DNA from: Candidatus Enterenecus merdae
GTDB taxonomy: Bacteria > Bacillota > Clostridia > Oscillospirales > Oscillospiraceae
Assembly (NCBI GenBank): GCA_018716385.1
Contig: DVJZ01000041.1
Coordinates: forward strand, 3,485 to 67,484
Length of the DNA stretch: 64,000 bases
Reading direction: 5' to 3'
In this document: one piece after another, positions 1 to 11,300 of the stretch
Layout: each line of letters begins with the position of its first letter
Numbering within the stretch: the first letter of the stretch is position 1
Notes under the pieces: model-generated
The model's database searches: none
What the model was told of the DNA's origin: nothing
Seen by the model: the letters and a program-made list of their open reading frames with translations, nothing else
Made by a program: the position numbers and the translations under genes

Positions 1-2
1 GG

Positions 3-3000
3 CAGACCATCAGCTACACTGAGCCCACCCGAGAGGGGTATGTGTTCGCCGGGTGGAGCACTAATCAGAACGACGCCATAGGCGAAATGAATCCCACTGT
101 CCCGGCCATCAGCGCCACCTATTACGCCGTGTGGATCCGGCCCTCGCTGGAGGTAACGGTAGCTGCTGGTACTTACACCTACAACGGCCAGGCGCAGACC
201 CCCACCCTCACGGTGCGCTACAACGATGAGGTGGTGTCGACAGGTTACACAGCGGCATGGAACAATAACACGAATGCAGGTACCGCTTCCGTCAGTGTGG
301 AGTATAACGGCCATACAGGCTTTGCCACCTTCACTATTCATCCCAAGCCTATCAATGATGGAACAGTTAATGTGTCCAGCCTTAGCAGTCAAGAGTACAC
401 CGGCAGCGAGATCCGCCCTGCTGTGACTATTACTGATAGCAGTCTATCCGGGGGTGGAACGCTTCAGCTTAACCGGGACTATGTGGTGAATTACAGCAAC
501 AATACCGACGTGGGCACTAATGCTACTGTAACCATCCAGGGCATTGGAAATTATGCCAATAGCCGGACACAGGTTTTCGAGATCGTGGCCCCAAATAGTA
601 TTACCATCGCACCCATCCCACCCCAGGAGCACACGGGCAGCGACATTGAGCCCGACCTCGTGGTGACAGACAGTAACGGGCGGCTGCTGGTGAAAGACAC
701 AGACTACACTGCCACCTACCGCGACAACACCAATGTGGGCACTGCTAGCGTCACCATTACCGGCCGGAACAACTACAACGGCCTAACGGCGAGCGGCACC
801 TTCCAAATTACTGCTGCAGGCAGCGCCCTCACTGTCACGGTGAATCCGGTGACGTCGGCGGTGGGCGCTGGCACTCCCAGCGTAGCCGTGACCTCCGGCG
901 GCTCTACCCTGACGGCAAGCACCCACTACAACCTGACCTACCAGATGTATGACGGAAGTGGTGGTCTCACCTCCGCTACCTCCACAATGGAGGAAGCAGG
1001 GATCTACCTGATTACCGCTACCGGCATTGGCAGCTACTCTGGAGCTACTGGTACCGCTACCTTCGTGCGTACCCCGGTGAACACCAGCGGTAACCTGAGC
1101 ATCACCGGCGTGACCAACACCGTACTCACCTATGACGGCACGAACCAAAACTCTGTGCTGAATGGATTGGGTGTAGAGTATAGCGGTACTCCCCTGAACA
1201 CAGCGGATTATAACCTGACCATCACCTATAACAATACAACTACATGGAATAGCGTGAGCACTGCGGATCTAACCGACGCGGGCACCTATCTGGTCACCGT
1301 TGAAGCCACCGGTTCCTATTCTGGAACCGCCACCCTGACTATCTACATCCAGCCTAAGGACATCTCGGACAATTCTGTACAGGTAACGGGCGATCTCACC
1401 CAGGTCTATGACGGCAGCGCTAAGAATCCTAACCTCACTGTTACCGATACCGCCATTGGTGGCGGCGGGGAAACTCTGACCTCGAGCGTCGACTATACAG
1501 TTTCGGGCAGTGGCACGCAAACCAATGCTGGCTCCTATCCCATCACCATCAGCGGCACGGGCAACTACGTCGGCACCCGCGTGGAGTCCTTCGCCATCAC
1601 TCCCAAGGAGATCAATGTAACTGGATCCATCTCACTGGAATACGGCTACACTACCACGGAGGCTCAAGATGCCCTAAGATCTCTGGTGACCAATGCTCAG
1701 AATGACGTTGTGGCTGGCGACAATGCAACTGTGAGCCTATCGGTAGATGCCAACCTACCTGTGGCAGCCAGTCAGAGTGACCGGGTTCATGGCAGCATCA
1801 CCGGCACAGATGCGAACAACTACACCCTGACTGTCAATGTTACCGTCACCGTCACCGAGGCAGATATCGGCGGTGGTGGTACTGGCGGCGGGACACCGGG
1901 TGTGGGCTTTGGGGTGGCTGTCTATCCTGCTAGCTCGCCCTTTACTGGGTCTTTCCATAGCCCCAATGTGGTGGTCACCCATAATAACGTGATGCTCTCT
2001 GCGGGCACGGACTATACCCTGACTTATACAGATAGCTCTAGCAACGATGTTGGTGCCAACGGTATGATTCAGGTGGGCACCTACACCATTACGGTCACTG
2101 GTACCGGCAACTACACCGGCACCGCTACCGTCACCTACACCATCACCAGTGCTTCCACCAGCGGCGGCTCGGGTGGCCTGACTATCGCTCCCATCACTGC
2201 CCAAACTTACACGGGCAGCGATATTGAACCCGCGGTCACCGTAAGCTTTAACTCCACCCCACTAGTAGCGACCCGGGACTACACGGTAAGATACAGCAGC
2301 AACATCAATGCAGGCACCGCTACGGTCACCGTTGAAGGCGTTACTGGCACTAGCTATGCAGGGATGACCGGTACTGCTACCTTTACTATCAATCCCAAGG
2401 ATATTAATGATGGAACAGTCAGCGTGGACAACATTAGCGCTCAAGAGTATACCGGCAGCGAGATCCGTCCCATCGTTTCCGTCACGGATGGAGGGATTAC
2501 CCCAACCGCACAATTGGTACTCAACGAACACTATGTAGTGAGCTACAGAGATAATATCAATGTGGGTACCAACGCCACCGTGACTATCCAGGGCATTGGC
2601 AACTATACGGGCACCCGGACGGAAACCTTTGAGATTGTTCCCCCGTCTAATATCTACATTGCCGCCATTCCGCCTCAGGAGCACACGGGCGGCGCCATTG
2701 AGCCCGACCTCGTGGTGTATGATAACAACAACCGATTGCTGTTGGAAACCACAGACTACACCGTCACCTATCGCGACAATACCAATGTGGGCACCGCTAG
2801 CGTCACCGTCACCGGCCAGGGCAACTACGACGGCCTGACGGCGAGCGGCACCTTCCAAATTACTGCCGCAGGCAGTGCCCTCACTGTCACAGTGAATCCG
2901 GTAACGTCGGCGGTTGGCACTGGCACTCCCAGCGTAACTGTGACCTCTGGTGGCTCTACCCTGACGGCAAGCACCCACTACAACCTGACCTACCAGATGT

Positions 3001-6000
3001 ATGACGGAAGTGGTGGTCTCACCTCCGCTACCTCCACAATGGAGGAAGCAGGGATCTATCTGATTACCGCTACCGGCATTGGCAGCTACTCTGGAGCTAC
3101 TGGTACCGCCACCTTCGTGCGTACCCCGGTGAACACCAGCGGTAACCTGAGCATCACCGGCGTGACCAACACCGTACTCACCTATAACGGTACGAACCAG
3201 AACGCTGTGCTAAGTGGATTGGGTGTAGAGTATAGTGGTACTCCTCTGACCCCGTCGGATTATAACCTGACCATCACCTATAACAATGACCCGGCTACGA
3301 GTTGGACTGATATAAATAGTGCAGATCTAACCAACGCAGGCACCTATCTGATTAGCGTCGAGGCCACTGGATCCTATTCCGGCAGTACCTCTCTGACCAT
3401 TTACATCCAGCCCAAGAACATCGCGGATGGAACTGTAGAGGTGACCAGCCTCCTCACATCCGAGTACGACGGCAGAACCAAGCTCCCCACTATCAGTCTC
3501 TTTGACAGAGGCGCTGGAACTGGGACGGCTCTGGATCCGAGTACTGACTACTCGGTTTCGAGCATTGGCAGCTACACCGATGCTGGCTCCTATCCCATCA
3601 CCATCAGCGGCACGGGCAACTACTCTGGCACTCACGTGGTGAACTACACCATTATGCCAAAGCAAATCGATGTGGCTGGCTCTATCGAGCTGGAGTATGG
3701 CTATACCACCGCGGATTCCATAGCGGCATTGGCTACTCTGTTAGCCAATGCCCAGAGCGAGATTGAAACGCGCGATGCTGCCACGGTTGGCCTGTCTGTG
3801 GAGCCCAATATGTCTTTGGGAAGCCATACCGACCGAGTACGTGGCTCTATCACCGGCACAGGTGCGAACAACTATTCTCTGAATGTCACCACTACCGTTG
3901 AAGTGGTCCGGGCAAATATCGGCCCTGGGGGTGGCGGTGGCACAGGCAGCAGCCTGGTTGTGAATGTGTATCCCCCTAGCGCCTCCTTTACTGGCTCGGC
4001 CCACAATCCCACCGTAGTAGTTACCTATAACGGAGTGGTGCTCAACAATGGCACGGACTACCAGCTGACTTACCAAAACTCTAGCGGTACTGATGTGGGC
4101 TTGAACGGTATGATCCAGATGGGTACCTATACCATCCTGGTTACCGGTATTAACAACTACACCGGCTCTGCACAGGCAACTTACACCATCACTAACGCCG
4201 CCACCGGTAGCGCAGGGGTGCTGACCATTGCCGCCATCCCCGCTGAAACCTACACCGGTAGCCCCATCCAGCCCACGATCAGCGTGTCCTTTAACACCCT
4301 TTCGCTGCGCCAGGGTACGGACTACACGGTGAGCTACAGTAGCAACACGAACGTAGGCCTAGGTGTGGTCACTGTCACTGGACAGGGCACCTATGCGGGG
4401 ATGACTGGTACTGCTACCTTTGCCATCAATCCCAAACCCATCGACGACAGTTCTATCACTGTTACGGGCATCAGCTCCAGCTATGACTACACCGGCAGCC
4501 CCATCCAGCCGGCTGTCACCGTCTTAGATGGCGGCAAAACTCTTGTAGCTGGTACAGATTACTACGTGACGTATTCTGAAAACCTCAATGCAGGTACTGC
4601 CACCGTAACCATTTCCGGCATCAACAATTATGGTGGTACGCGCAGACAGAATTTCACCATTAATGCCGCGAGTATCGGGCCTGGCCCTGGTGGTGGCGGA
4701 GGAACCCCAAGTGCTGGCTTCTCGGTAGCAGTCTATCCTCCCACTGCCCCCTTCACCGGCTATGCCCACACCCCTGCCGTAGTTGTCACCTACAATGGCG
4801 TGATGCTGGATTCCACCCGTGACTACACTCTAACCTACAGGAACTCCAGCAACACCAATGTTGGTGCAACTGGAATGGTTGATGTAGATACCTACACCAT
4901 CACTGTCACCGGCATGAACAACTACACCGGCTCCGCACAGGCAACTTACACCATCACCCCAGTAAGCGGTGGCGGCGGAACCGGTGGCGGTAGCACGTTG
5001 GTTATCGATCCAATCCCTGCCCAGATATACACGGGCAGCCCCATTACACCCACTATCGATGTCACCTTCAACGGCCTGTCGGTGAATTCCACAGACTACA
5101 CCGTGACCTATAGTGCGAACATCAACGTAGGCCAGGCCACCGTTATCGTCGAAGGCAATCCGGGTACCAACTATGCAAACATGGTGGGCACCGCGACCTT
5201 TACCATCAATCCCAAGGATATTACCGGGACTGATATCGCTGTGGGTGCCATCCCCAACCAGACCTACACGGGCAGTGCCATTGAGCCTGAGCCCACCGTC
5301 ACTGACAATACCAGGTCTACCAACTTGATCCTGGGGGCAGACTACATCCTTGGCTACGCAGGCAATGTGAACGTGGGCACCGGTACCGCCACCGTCACTA
5401 TCACCGGTCGTGGTAACTACACCGGGACGCGTGAAGTGTACTTCAACATTACCCATGCAAATATCGGCGGCGGTGACGGGGATCCCACCACCCCAGGTAC
5501 AGGCTTTACTGTGAACGTCTATCCCGCAACCGGGGTGCATACTGGATCGGCCCATCATCCTTCTGTGGTGGTTCACTACAACAACCAGCTTCTGACAGAA
5601 AACTTGGACTACACTCTGAGCTACGCAGACTCTGACAACACAGATGTGGGCCCGAACGGCATGATTGATGTGGATACCTATACCATTACCGTCACTGGCC
5701 AGGGAAACTACATCGGCACCCTTACCGCTACCTATGAGATCGTCCTGAACGACTCGGATCGCGTGCTGGTGATCGCACCTATTGACAATGTAGAGTATAC
5801 TGGCAGACCGGCTACTCCCAACATTGTGGTGTCCTATGGCTCTACTCCGCTGACGGAGGGCACTGACTACACCATATCCTACCTGCCCAACAATCCCATT
5901 AATGCAGGTGGGGTAGTAGTCACCGTCACCGGGCTGGGCGTTGGCTATGCGGATCTATCCTCTTCGGCAGCTTTCCAGATCACTCGGAAAAATATCAACA

Positions 6001-7655
6001 GCTCTAATATCACCGTGTCTAACATCCCTGACCAGAGCTATACCGGCGGGTACCTCACCCCCCACATCACCCTCGTCGACTACGACCGGGAGGTGCAGCT
6101 ATCACTGAATCAGGACTACACAGTGGAGTACACCAACAACCTTGCCGTGGGTACTGCTACCGCAATCATCCGGGGCATCGGCAACTACAATGGGGAGCGC
6201 GAGGTCACCTTTCAGATTACCTCGGCTGACCCTGGCACCAGTAGCATAGCCGTCAATGTATTCCCAAACAGCGGTGTCTACACCGGCGCTCCCCATAGCC
6301 CTGCGGTCATCGTCACCCATAGCGGCGTCACTCTGGTAGCCGGACGGGACTACACCCTATCCTACGCCGATAGCCAAGGCCCCATCAACGCCAATGAGAT
6401 GATCGACATCGGCACCTATGTCATCACCGCCACTGGCATCGGCAACTATACCGGAATAGCGCAGGCCACTTACACCATTACTGCTACCGGCGGCACGGAC
6501 GTGACGGTGAGTTTTGACCTCAACGGCGGCACGGGTACCGGAGATTACAGTGACCGGACTGTGCCTGTTGGCACAACCATCCCATTACCCACCGCACCCA
6601 CTCGAGAAGGATACACCTTTGCCGGTTGGAATGACGGCATCGCTACCATCACCAGTGGCAGCTACACGGCAAATCGCAACGTGACCCTGACCGCTCAGTG
6701 GACAACTGGCGGCGGTGGCGGAGTGACGCCTCCACCGGGTTCTGGCCTGGTCGTGACTGTGGGCGCAAGCGCTGGTGGCAGCACCAATCCCACAGGCAGT
6801 GTGGCCGTACAGCCTGGGGATAGCCTGACCATCACCATCACACCGGACGAGGGCTACGTGATCGACAATGTGCTGGTGAATGGAGTAAGCCAGGGTGCCG
6901 TGAGCTCGGTGACACTGGAGAATATCCAGACCAACATGAGCGTACAGGTGAACTTCCGGGAAGAAGATGGCAGTGAAGACGGTGAGCTAGCTGACCCCGA
7001 CGATACCGGTGTGTCCGATTGGCTAAACACGGTGGAACACATCGCGTACCTACAGGGCTATGGCACGGAGTTTGCGCCCAACGCAAACATGACCCGTGGG
7101 GAAGTGGCGCAGATGTTCTACAACCTGCTCTTAGAGCAGAATGTGAGTATTACCACGTCGTTTAGCGACGTACCCGCAGACGCATGGTATGCCACGGCGG
7201 TGGACACACTGGCCAGCCTGGAGATCATCCAGGGGTATGGCGAGGGAATCTTTGCCCCCAACGCGACCATCACCCGTGCGGAGTTCACGGCCATTGCCAT
7301 GCGCTTCACCAACAGTCAAGCGCCGGCGGTAGAGAACATCTTTACGGACGTGGACAGCGGGGACTGGTACTATGAGGCAGTGATAGGCGCGACAAGCTAC
7401 GGGTGGATCCAGGGCTATGGCGAACTGTTTGCCCCGGACGCAACCATCACCCGTGCGGAGGTAACGGCTATCACCAACCGGATGCTGGGCCGAGTAGCGG
7501 ATCGGACATGGATTGACGCCAACCGGGATAACCTCACGGTGCGCTTTGCGGACAACGATCCCAACAACTGGGCCTACTACGACATTGTAGAGGCCACCAA
7601 CGCCCATGACTTCACCCACACCGATGGCGAGGAAGTCTGGACTGGTGTAAACTGA
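3..7655 (+). CDS. Giant SLH-anchored surface protein/adhesin, 5'-partial. InlB-B/Flg_new-like repeats, many Ig-like (MBG-like) repeats, and three C-terminal SLH domains
   Basis: The frame is open from nt 3 (QTISYTEPTREGYVFAGW, an InlB-B-like motif). The unit YTG..I.P.V...DYTV.Y.NN.N.GTA.VTITG.GNY.G recurs many times. The C-terminus has SLH signatures (FAPNANMTRGEVAQMFY, FSDVPADAWYATAV, FAPDATITRAEV). Confidence 0.9.
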   Translation, partial: QTISYTEPTREGYVFAGWSTNQNDAIGEMNPTVPAISATYYAVWIRPSLEVTVAAGTYTYNGQAQTPTLTVRYNDEVVSTGYTAAWNNNTNAGTASVSVEYNGHTGFATFTIHPKPINDGTVNVSSLSSQEYTGSEIRPAVTITDSSLSGGGTLQLNRDYVVNYSNNTDVGTNATVTIQGIGNYANSRTQVFEIVAPNSITIAPIPPQEHTGSDIEPDLVVTDSNGRLLVKDTDYTATYRDNTNVGTASVTITGRNNYNGLTASGTFQITAAGSALTVTVNPVTSAVGAGTPSVAVTSGGSTLTASTHYNLTYQMYDGSGGLTSATSTMEEAGIYLITATGIGSYSGATGTATFVRTPVNTSGNLSITGVTNTVLTYDGTNQNSVLNGLGVEYSGTPLNTADYNLTITYNNTTTWNSVSTADLTDAGTYLVTVEATGSYSGTATLTIYIQPKDISDNSVQVTGDLTQVYDGSAKNPNLTVTDTAIGGGGETLTSSVDYTVSGSGTQTNAGSYPITISGTGNYVGTRVESFAITPKEINVTGSISLEYGYTTTEAQDALRSLVTNAQNDVVAGDNATVSLSVDANLPVAASQSDRVHGSITGTDANNYTLTVNVTVTVTEADIGGGGTGGGTPGVGFGVAVYPASSPFTGSFHSPNVVVTHNNVMLSAGTDYTLTYTDSSSNDVGANGMIQVGTYTITVTGTGNYTGTATVTYTITSASTSGGSGGLTIAPITAQTYTGSDIEPAVTVSFNSTPLVATRDYTVRYSSNINAGTATVTVEGVTGTSYAGMTGTATFTINPKDINDGTVSVDNISAQEYTGSEIRPIVSVTDGGITPTAQLVLNEHYVVSYRDNINVGTNATVTIQGIGNYTGTRTETFEIVPPSNIYIAAIPPQEHTGGAIEPDLVVYDNNNRLLLETTDYTVTYRDNTNVGTASVTVTGQGNYDGLTASGTFQITAAGSALTVTVNPVTSAVGTGTPSVTVTSGGSTLTASTHYNLTYQMYDGSGGLTSATSTMEEAGIYLITATGIGSYSGATGTATFVRTPVNTSGNLSITGVTNTVLTYNGTNQNAVLSGLGVEYSGTPLTPSDYNLTITYNNDPATSWTDINSADLTNAGTYLISVEATGSYSGSTSLTIYIQPKNIADGTVEVTSLLTSEYDGRTKLPTISLFDRGAGTGTALDPSTDYSVSSIGSYTDAGSYPITISGTGNYSGTHVVNYTIMPKQIDVAGSIELEYGYTTADSIAALATLLANAQSEIETRDAATVGLSVEPNMSLGSHTDRVRGSITGTGANNYSLNVTTTVEVVRANIGPGGGGGTGSSLVVNVYPPSASFTGSAHNPTVVVTYNGVVLNNGTDYQLTYQNSSGTDVGLNGMIQMGTYTILVTGINNYTGSAQATYTITNAATGSAGVLTIAAIPAETYTGSPIQPTISVSFNTLSLRQGTDYTVSYSSNTNVGLGVVTVTGQGTYAGMTGTATFAINPKPIDDSSITVTGISSSYDYTGSPIQPAVTVLDGGKTLVAGTDYYVTYSENLNAGTATVTISGINNYGGTRRQNFTINAASIGPGPGGGGGTPSAGFSVAVYPPTAPFTGYAHTPAVVVTYNGVMLDSTRDYTLTYRNSSNTNVGATGMVDVDTYTITVTGMNNYTGSAQATYTITPVSGGGGTGGGSTLVIDPIPAQIYTGSPITPTIDVTFNGLSVNSTDYTVTYSANINVGQATVIVEGNPGTNYANMVGTATFTINPKDITGTDIAVGAIPNQTYTGSAIEPEPTVTDNTRSTNLILGADYILGYAGNVNVGTGTATVTITGRGNYTGTREVYFNITHANIGGGDGDPTTPGTGFTVNVYPATGVHTGSAHHPSVVVHYNNQLLTENLDYTLSYADSDNTDVGPNGMIDVDTYTITVTGQGNYIGTLTATYEIVLNDSDRVLVIAPIDNVEYTGRPATPNIVVSYGSTPLTEGTDYTISYLPNNPINAGGVVVTVTGLGVGYADLSSSAAFQITRKNINSSNITVSNIPDQSYTGGYLTPHITLVDYDREVQLSLNQDYTVEYTNNLAVGTATAIIRGIGNYNGEREVTFQITSADPGTSSIAVNVFPNSGVYTGAPHSPAVIVTHSGVTLVAGRDYTLSYADSQGPINANEMIDIGTYVITATGIGNYTGIAQATYTITATGGTDVTVSFDLNGGTGTGDYSDRTVPVGTTIPLPTAPTREGYTFAGWNDGIATITSGSYTANRNVTLTAQWTTGGGGGVTPPPGSGLVVTVGASAGGSTNPTGSVAVQPGDSLTITITPDEGYVIDNVLVNGVSQGAVSSVTLENIQTNMSVQVNFREEDGSEDGELADPDDTGVSDWLNTVEHIAYLQGYGTEFAPNANMTRGEVAQMFYNLLLEQNVSITTSFSDVPADAWYATAVDTLASLEIIQGYGEGIFAPNATITRAEFTAIAMRFTNSQAPAVENIFTDVDSGDWYYEAVIGATSYGWIQGYGELFAPDATITRAEVTAITNRMLGRVADRTWIDANRDNLTVRFADNDPNNWAYYDIVEATNAHDFTHTDGEEVWTGVN
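340..4440 (+). repeat. Intragenic tandem duplication with a 2052-bp (684 aa) period
   Basis: Matching anchors lie exactly 2052 bp apart: gctctaccctgacggcaagc at 901/2953 and acaccagcggtaacctgagc at 1081/3133. Segments 781-1135 and 2833-3187 are nearly identical. Outer boundaries are approximate. Confidence 0.85.
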
Positions 7656-7693
7656 GCCGCACCCGGTTCTCCAAGATCTTCCCTACTTTAACC

Positions 7694-7737
7694 GTTCCGC
7701 CCCCTGTGCTGGCTGGCACAGGGGGCGGAACATTTTT
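7694..7737 (+). terminator. Intrinsic terminator of the giant SLH gene
   Basis: Perfect 16-bp stem gttccgccccctgtgc / gcacagggggcggaac with a 6-nt loop, followed by attttt. Confidence 0.85.
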
Positions 7738-7802
7738 ATGGACATCTTAAGACTCACTCACCGGTGGTTTTATAACAGTTTTACTCCTGGATTTCCGATA
7801 TG

Positions 7803-8130
7803 TGCACACCTAAAGCAAAGAACGGTATGCGGCAGCTCCTCATGATCTACAAGGTCTACGGGTCATAGAGGCGCAGCTGCCCGTTCAAGATCAAATGGTT
7901 ATGGCAACTTTCTGTCCCTCACCCAGAACGGCCTTCCCAAAACGGCGTCCAACTACGAAAGCATAACCAAATGTCTGGCCAAGGAGTATTACAAACATCA
8001 CAACCCCAATAAGCCTCTTCCAAATATCACTCCCCATACCATGGGACACTCCAGCATCACCATGGCGCTGAACTACTACGCGCACGCAGATTTTGCTTCT
8101 ACAAAGGCCGAAGTAAACACATGGCGACTT
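7803..8130 (+). pseudogene. int: Degraded C-terminal fragment of a Tn916-family tyrosine integrase
   Basis: Fragments translate as TPKAKNGMRQLLM, then (after a stop and frameshift) NGYGNFLSLTQNGLPKTASNYESITKCLAKEYYKHHNPNKPLPNITPHT-MGHSSITMALNYYAHADF. This is colinear with the Tn916 Int C-terminus as I recall it (TPKTKSGERQVPM...DGYSDFLFLN...LPHITPHSLRHTFCT...QYIMGHANIAMTLNYYAH), but lacks the LRHTF...QYI segment. Confidence 0.8.
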
Positions 8131-8392
8131 GGCATTATGGCAACTTCTAATGGTGCTACTACTTTGTGCCAAACGAGGCTTTGCCGTATGGGAAAGCTCT
8201 GGAACTCACTTCCCTGGTTAGTTGCCAGACTGGTCCTCTGGAACACTAAGTACCGGGTGGATGCTGTACCCTCCCCCGCTCCAAGCCGCTGGCACCTATC
8301 AACCAAAGCTGATGGGCTCCAAGTATAAATCCGGTAGACCATGGCTTCCCTTGGTGTTGAAAGGCTCGCTACCTGCAGCTATGCTGGCACCA

Positions 8393-11300
8393 CTACGCTT
8401 CGCATCTGCGGCATAGCCAACGGCGCCAGCTAGGACCCAGCGCCGGATGGGCCACATCATTGGTCGACGTAATCCGGGTGGAAGTATAGGCGTTGATCAC
8501 CTTAGTCTCCCCAGTGAGGGTCACGCCAACAAACTCCATATAATCAGGTACGATAGCCGTCCACACGTAGGTGTTGGAAGCTCCAGGAGCATTGGTGAAA
8601 ATCTCGCCGCTCTTCAACCGCCAGACAAGCTGGATATTAAATGTGCTACCATCCCCCATCTGGGCCAAGGTCGTGCAGGGCAGGGCCTTGTTCTCCACGA
8701 TGCTCACCCGGTCATAAGCCTGGGTAAGGGAGATGCTACTGGGCGGCGGAATGATCTCTCTTAAACCGTTAACGTAGGACATGATGTGTACTGTCACCGT
8801 ATATGTCTTGGTTGTGTCGTCCTCTGCTCTCACCGTGTAGATCACTGGTTTTGTAAAGTCTTGGACGATCCCGGTGGAAGGCGTGAGCTTCGCTCCGCTG
8901 TGCGTGACGATAGGCTCCAGGCAGCTCAGATCTGTTCCGATAGGCATCACCACTTTGATGTCCCCAGCCACATGGTCGATGTCAGACCGCCCGATCTGGC
9001 CGTAGATAACAAAATCGATGATCTGCTTGCTGCCACTCCGGTCCGCCTCCTGAATAACGGTGATCTCCACTACCACGCTGGCGGTGGCAGATCCGTCTTC
9101 GGCGGTGACCTCAAGCGTCACAACACGACCAACATCAGACGCATCCGGTGTATAGACGATGGTATCCCCCGTCAGGGTGGCATTTCCACTCCCTGAAATC
9201 GAGGAAACCCCATAGGTCAGATTGGTAGTGTCCGCGTCAGTGAACCAGTCAGAGATGTCCGCACTGTAATCCTGGCCTGGCCGATATCCATCGGTAGAGG
9301 CCATTGTAGCCGTACCTGACCGGGTTTTCTGTGTCGCCTGTGGGTCATGAGTGACAATGGCGTAGTAAGTTGTGTCAGTGTTTGGCACCAGTTCTCCAGT
9401 CAAGTCGCTGCCCATCCCATCATTCGGATCCGTACTCCAATCGTGGATGGTCACACCGTCACCCACACTCTCCCAGATCTCAGGAGCCTGCAACGGATCT
9501 CTCGGGGTCTGCAGGGTCACGATGGAACCGGATACATGGGCTCCCATTTCGTCTATCAGCCCAACCGAAGAGACAAAAGCGATCTCCACCTGTTGATCAT
9601 CACGTACGCCGTCCCCATTACTATCCTCCGACCACTGGGCAGTGAACACCACATTCCGTGCCGGCATGGTAAAGGACGCGCCCGGGGTGGTGGCCAGACC
9701 GATGACGTTCACCCTCCAGCCATTGAAGATCCAGCCATCAGCGGTTGGCACGGTGCTGGCCACCTGCTGATTGCTGCCAGCCAGTAGACCGGTCACAGAA
9801 TCGGGAATTCCCTTAGCATTTGCAGCTACTCCTGCCTCATAGCTGATATGATACATGACTTCCTGATCATCTGGCGTGTCATTGTTATTCCCGTCTGTCC
9901 CGTAGAACAGCTCATAGGTAGCAGCGCTTTCGGGCACTGTGCTGGGCAACGCAGGATCCCAGCCTACCAGGGCAATGCCATCGTTCGCGCTCTCGCGGCC
10001 AGCAGGTGCCTGCAGCGGCCGGCCAATCTCCTGGCGAGTCACGATGGTGGTCGCGCCATCGGAAGATCCGCTCAGTGCAAATGCCTGGAACCCGGCTGAG
10101 TTTCCTGTGATAGTAAAGGTGATCTCCACCTGTTGATCATCACGTATGCCGTCCTCATCGCTGTCCTCCGACCACCGAGCGGTGAAAATCACGTCTCGTT
10201 CTGGCATCCCGAAGCTACTCCCTGCAACAGTGGAGATGGGTTTGCGGTCATAGTCGGTCTGAGGGAACACGGTCCAACCCCGGAAAATATATCCAGTTGC
10301 GCTCGGCGTGATACCCGTCATCGTCTGGCTGCTGCCAGGCAACAGGTCTGTCACATCGGTAGGCAGTCCGATGACACTGGCACCCGCAATCCCGGGGGCA
10401 TAAGTAATGGAATAAGTCGTCTCCTCTCCATCCGGTCGGCCATCGTTGTTAGCGTCAGCCTCATACTGGGCCACGTAGGTGGTAGCCTCGTTGGGCACTG
10501 CTGTGATTCCTTCCTCGATGGAAGGCTGCCATCCGGTGAACACCACATTGTCTCTGTCTGTGTCAACCGGCGTTGGGATGCTTGTCAGGAGTTCCCCAGA
10601 CGTTTGATAGATAGGGCCATAGGGGCTGTTCCCCTCCTCAAAGCCACGACCAGACTCAAAGGTGATCCCAACCTTCCATTGGGCGGTAAACACCACATCC
10701 TCCTCCGGCATGGTAAACTTCGCCCCATCCGTGATGGGTAGGCCGCTCACGTTCACGCTCCAACCGATGAACTGATAGCCACTAGCCGTGGGTGTGGAAC
10801 CGCCCACCGTCACCGTCTGTCCCTCCACCAGGCCAGTCTGGTCGGTAGGCATCCCAGACAGGTCGCTGGCGCCGGCCGCAGCGCCGGCATCATATGTGAC
10901 GGCGTACTTGCTCTCCTCTAAGTCAGGCCTGTTATCATTGTCCTCGTCAGGGCCATAGCTCAGCGTATAGATAGCGGCGCTTTCCGGCACCGTGCGGGGC
11001 AGCGCGGGGCTCCACCCAATCAGCGCAATGTTATCGTTGGCACTCTCCACACCCGTGGGTGCAGCCATAATCTCGCCAGCCTCCTGAATGGTTACGAGAG
11101 TCTCCTTCCCCGCGGGCCAGCTCTGGGCGCCATTGGTGAAGGCCTCAAACCCATTCAGGTTTCCCGTGATGGTGAAGGTGATCTCCACCTGCTCCTCATC
11201 AGACACCCCATCTCCATTGGCATCCTCTACCCAGAGGGCCGTAAACGTCACATTCGCCTCCGGCATCCGGAAAATGGAACTACCACTGATCGGGATAGGG

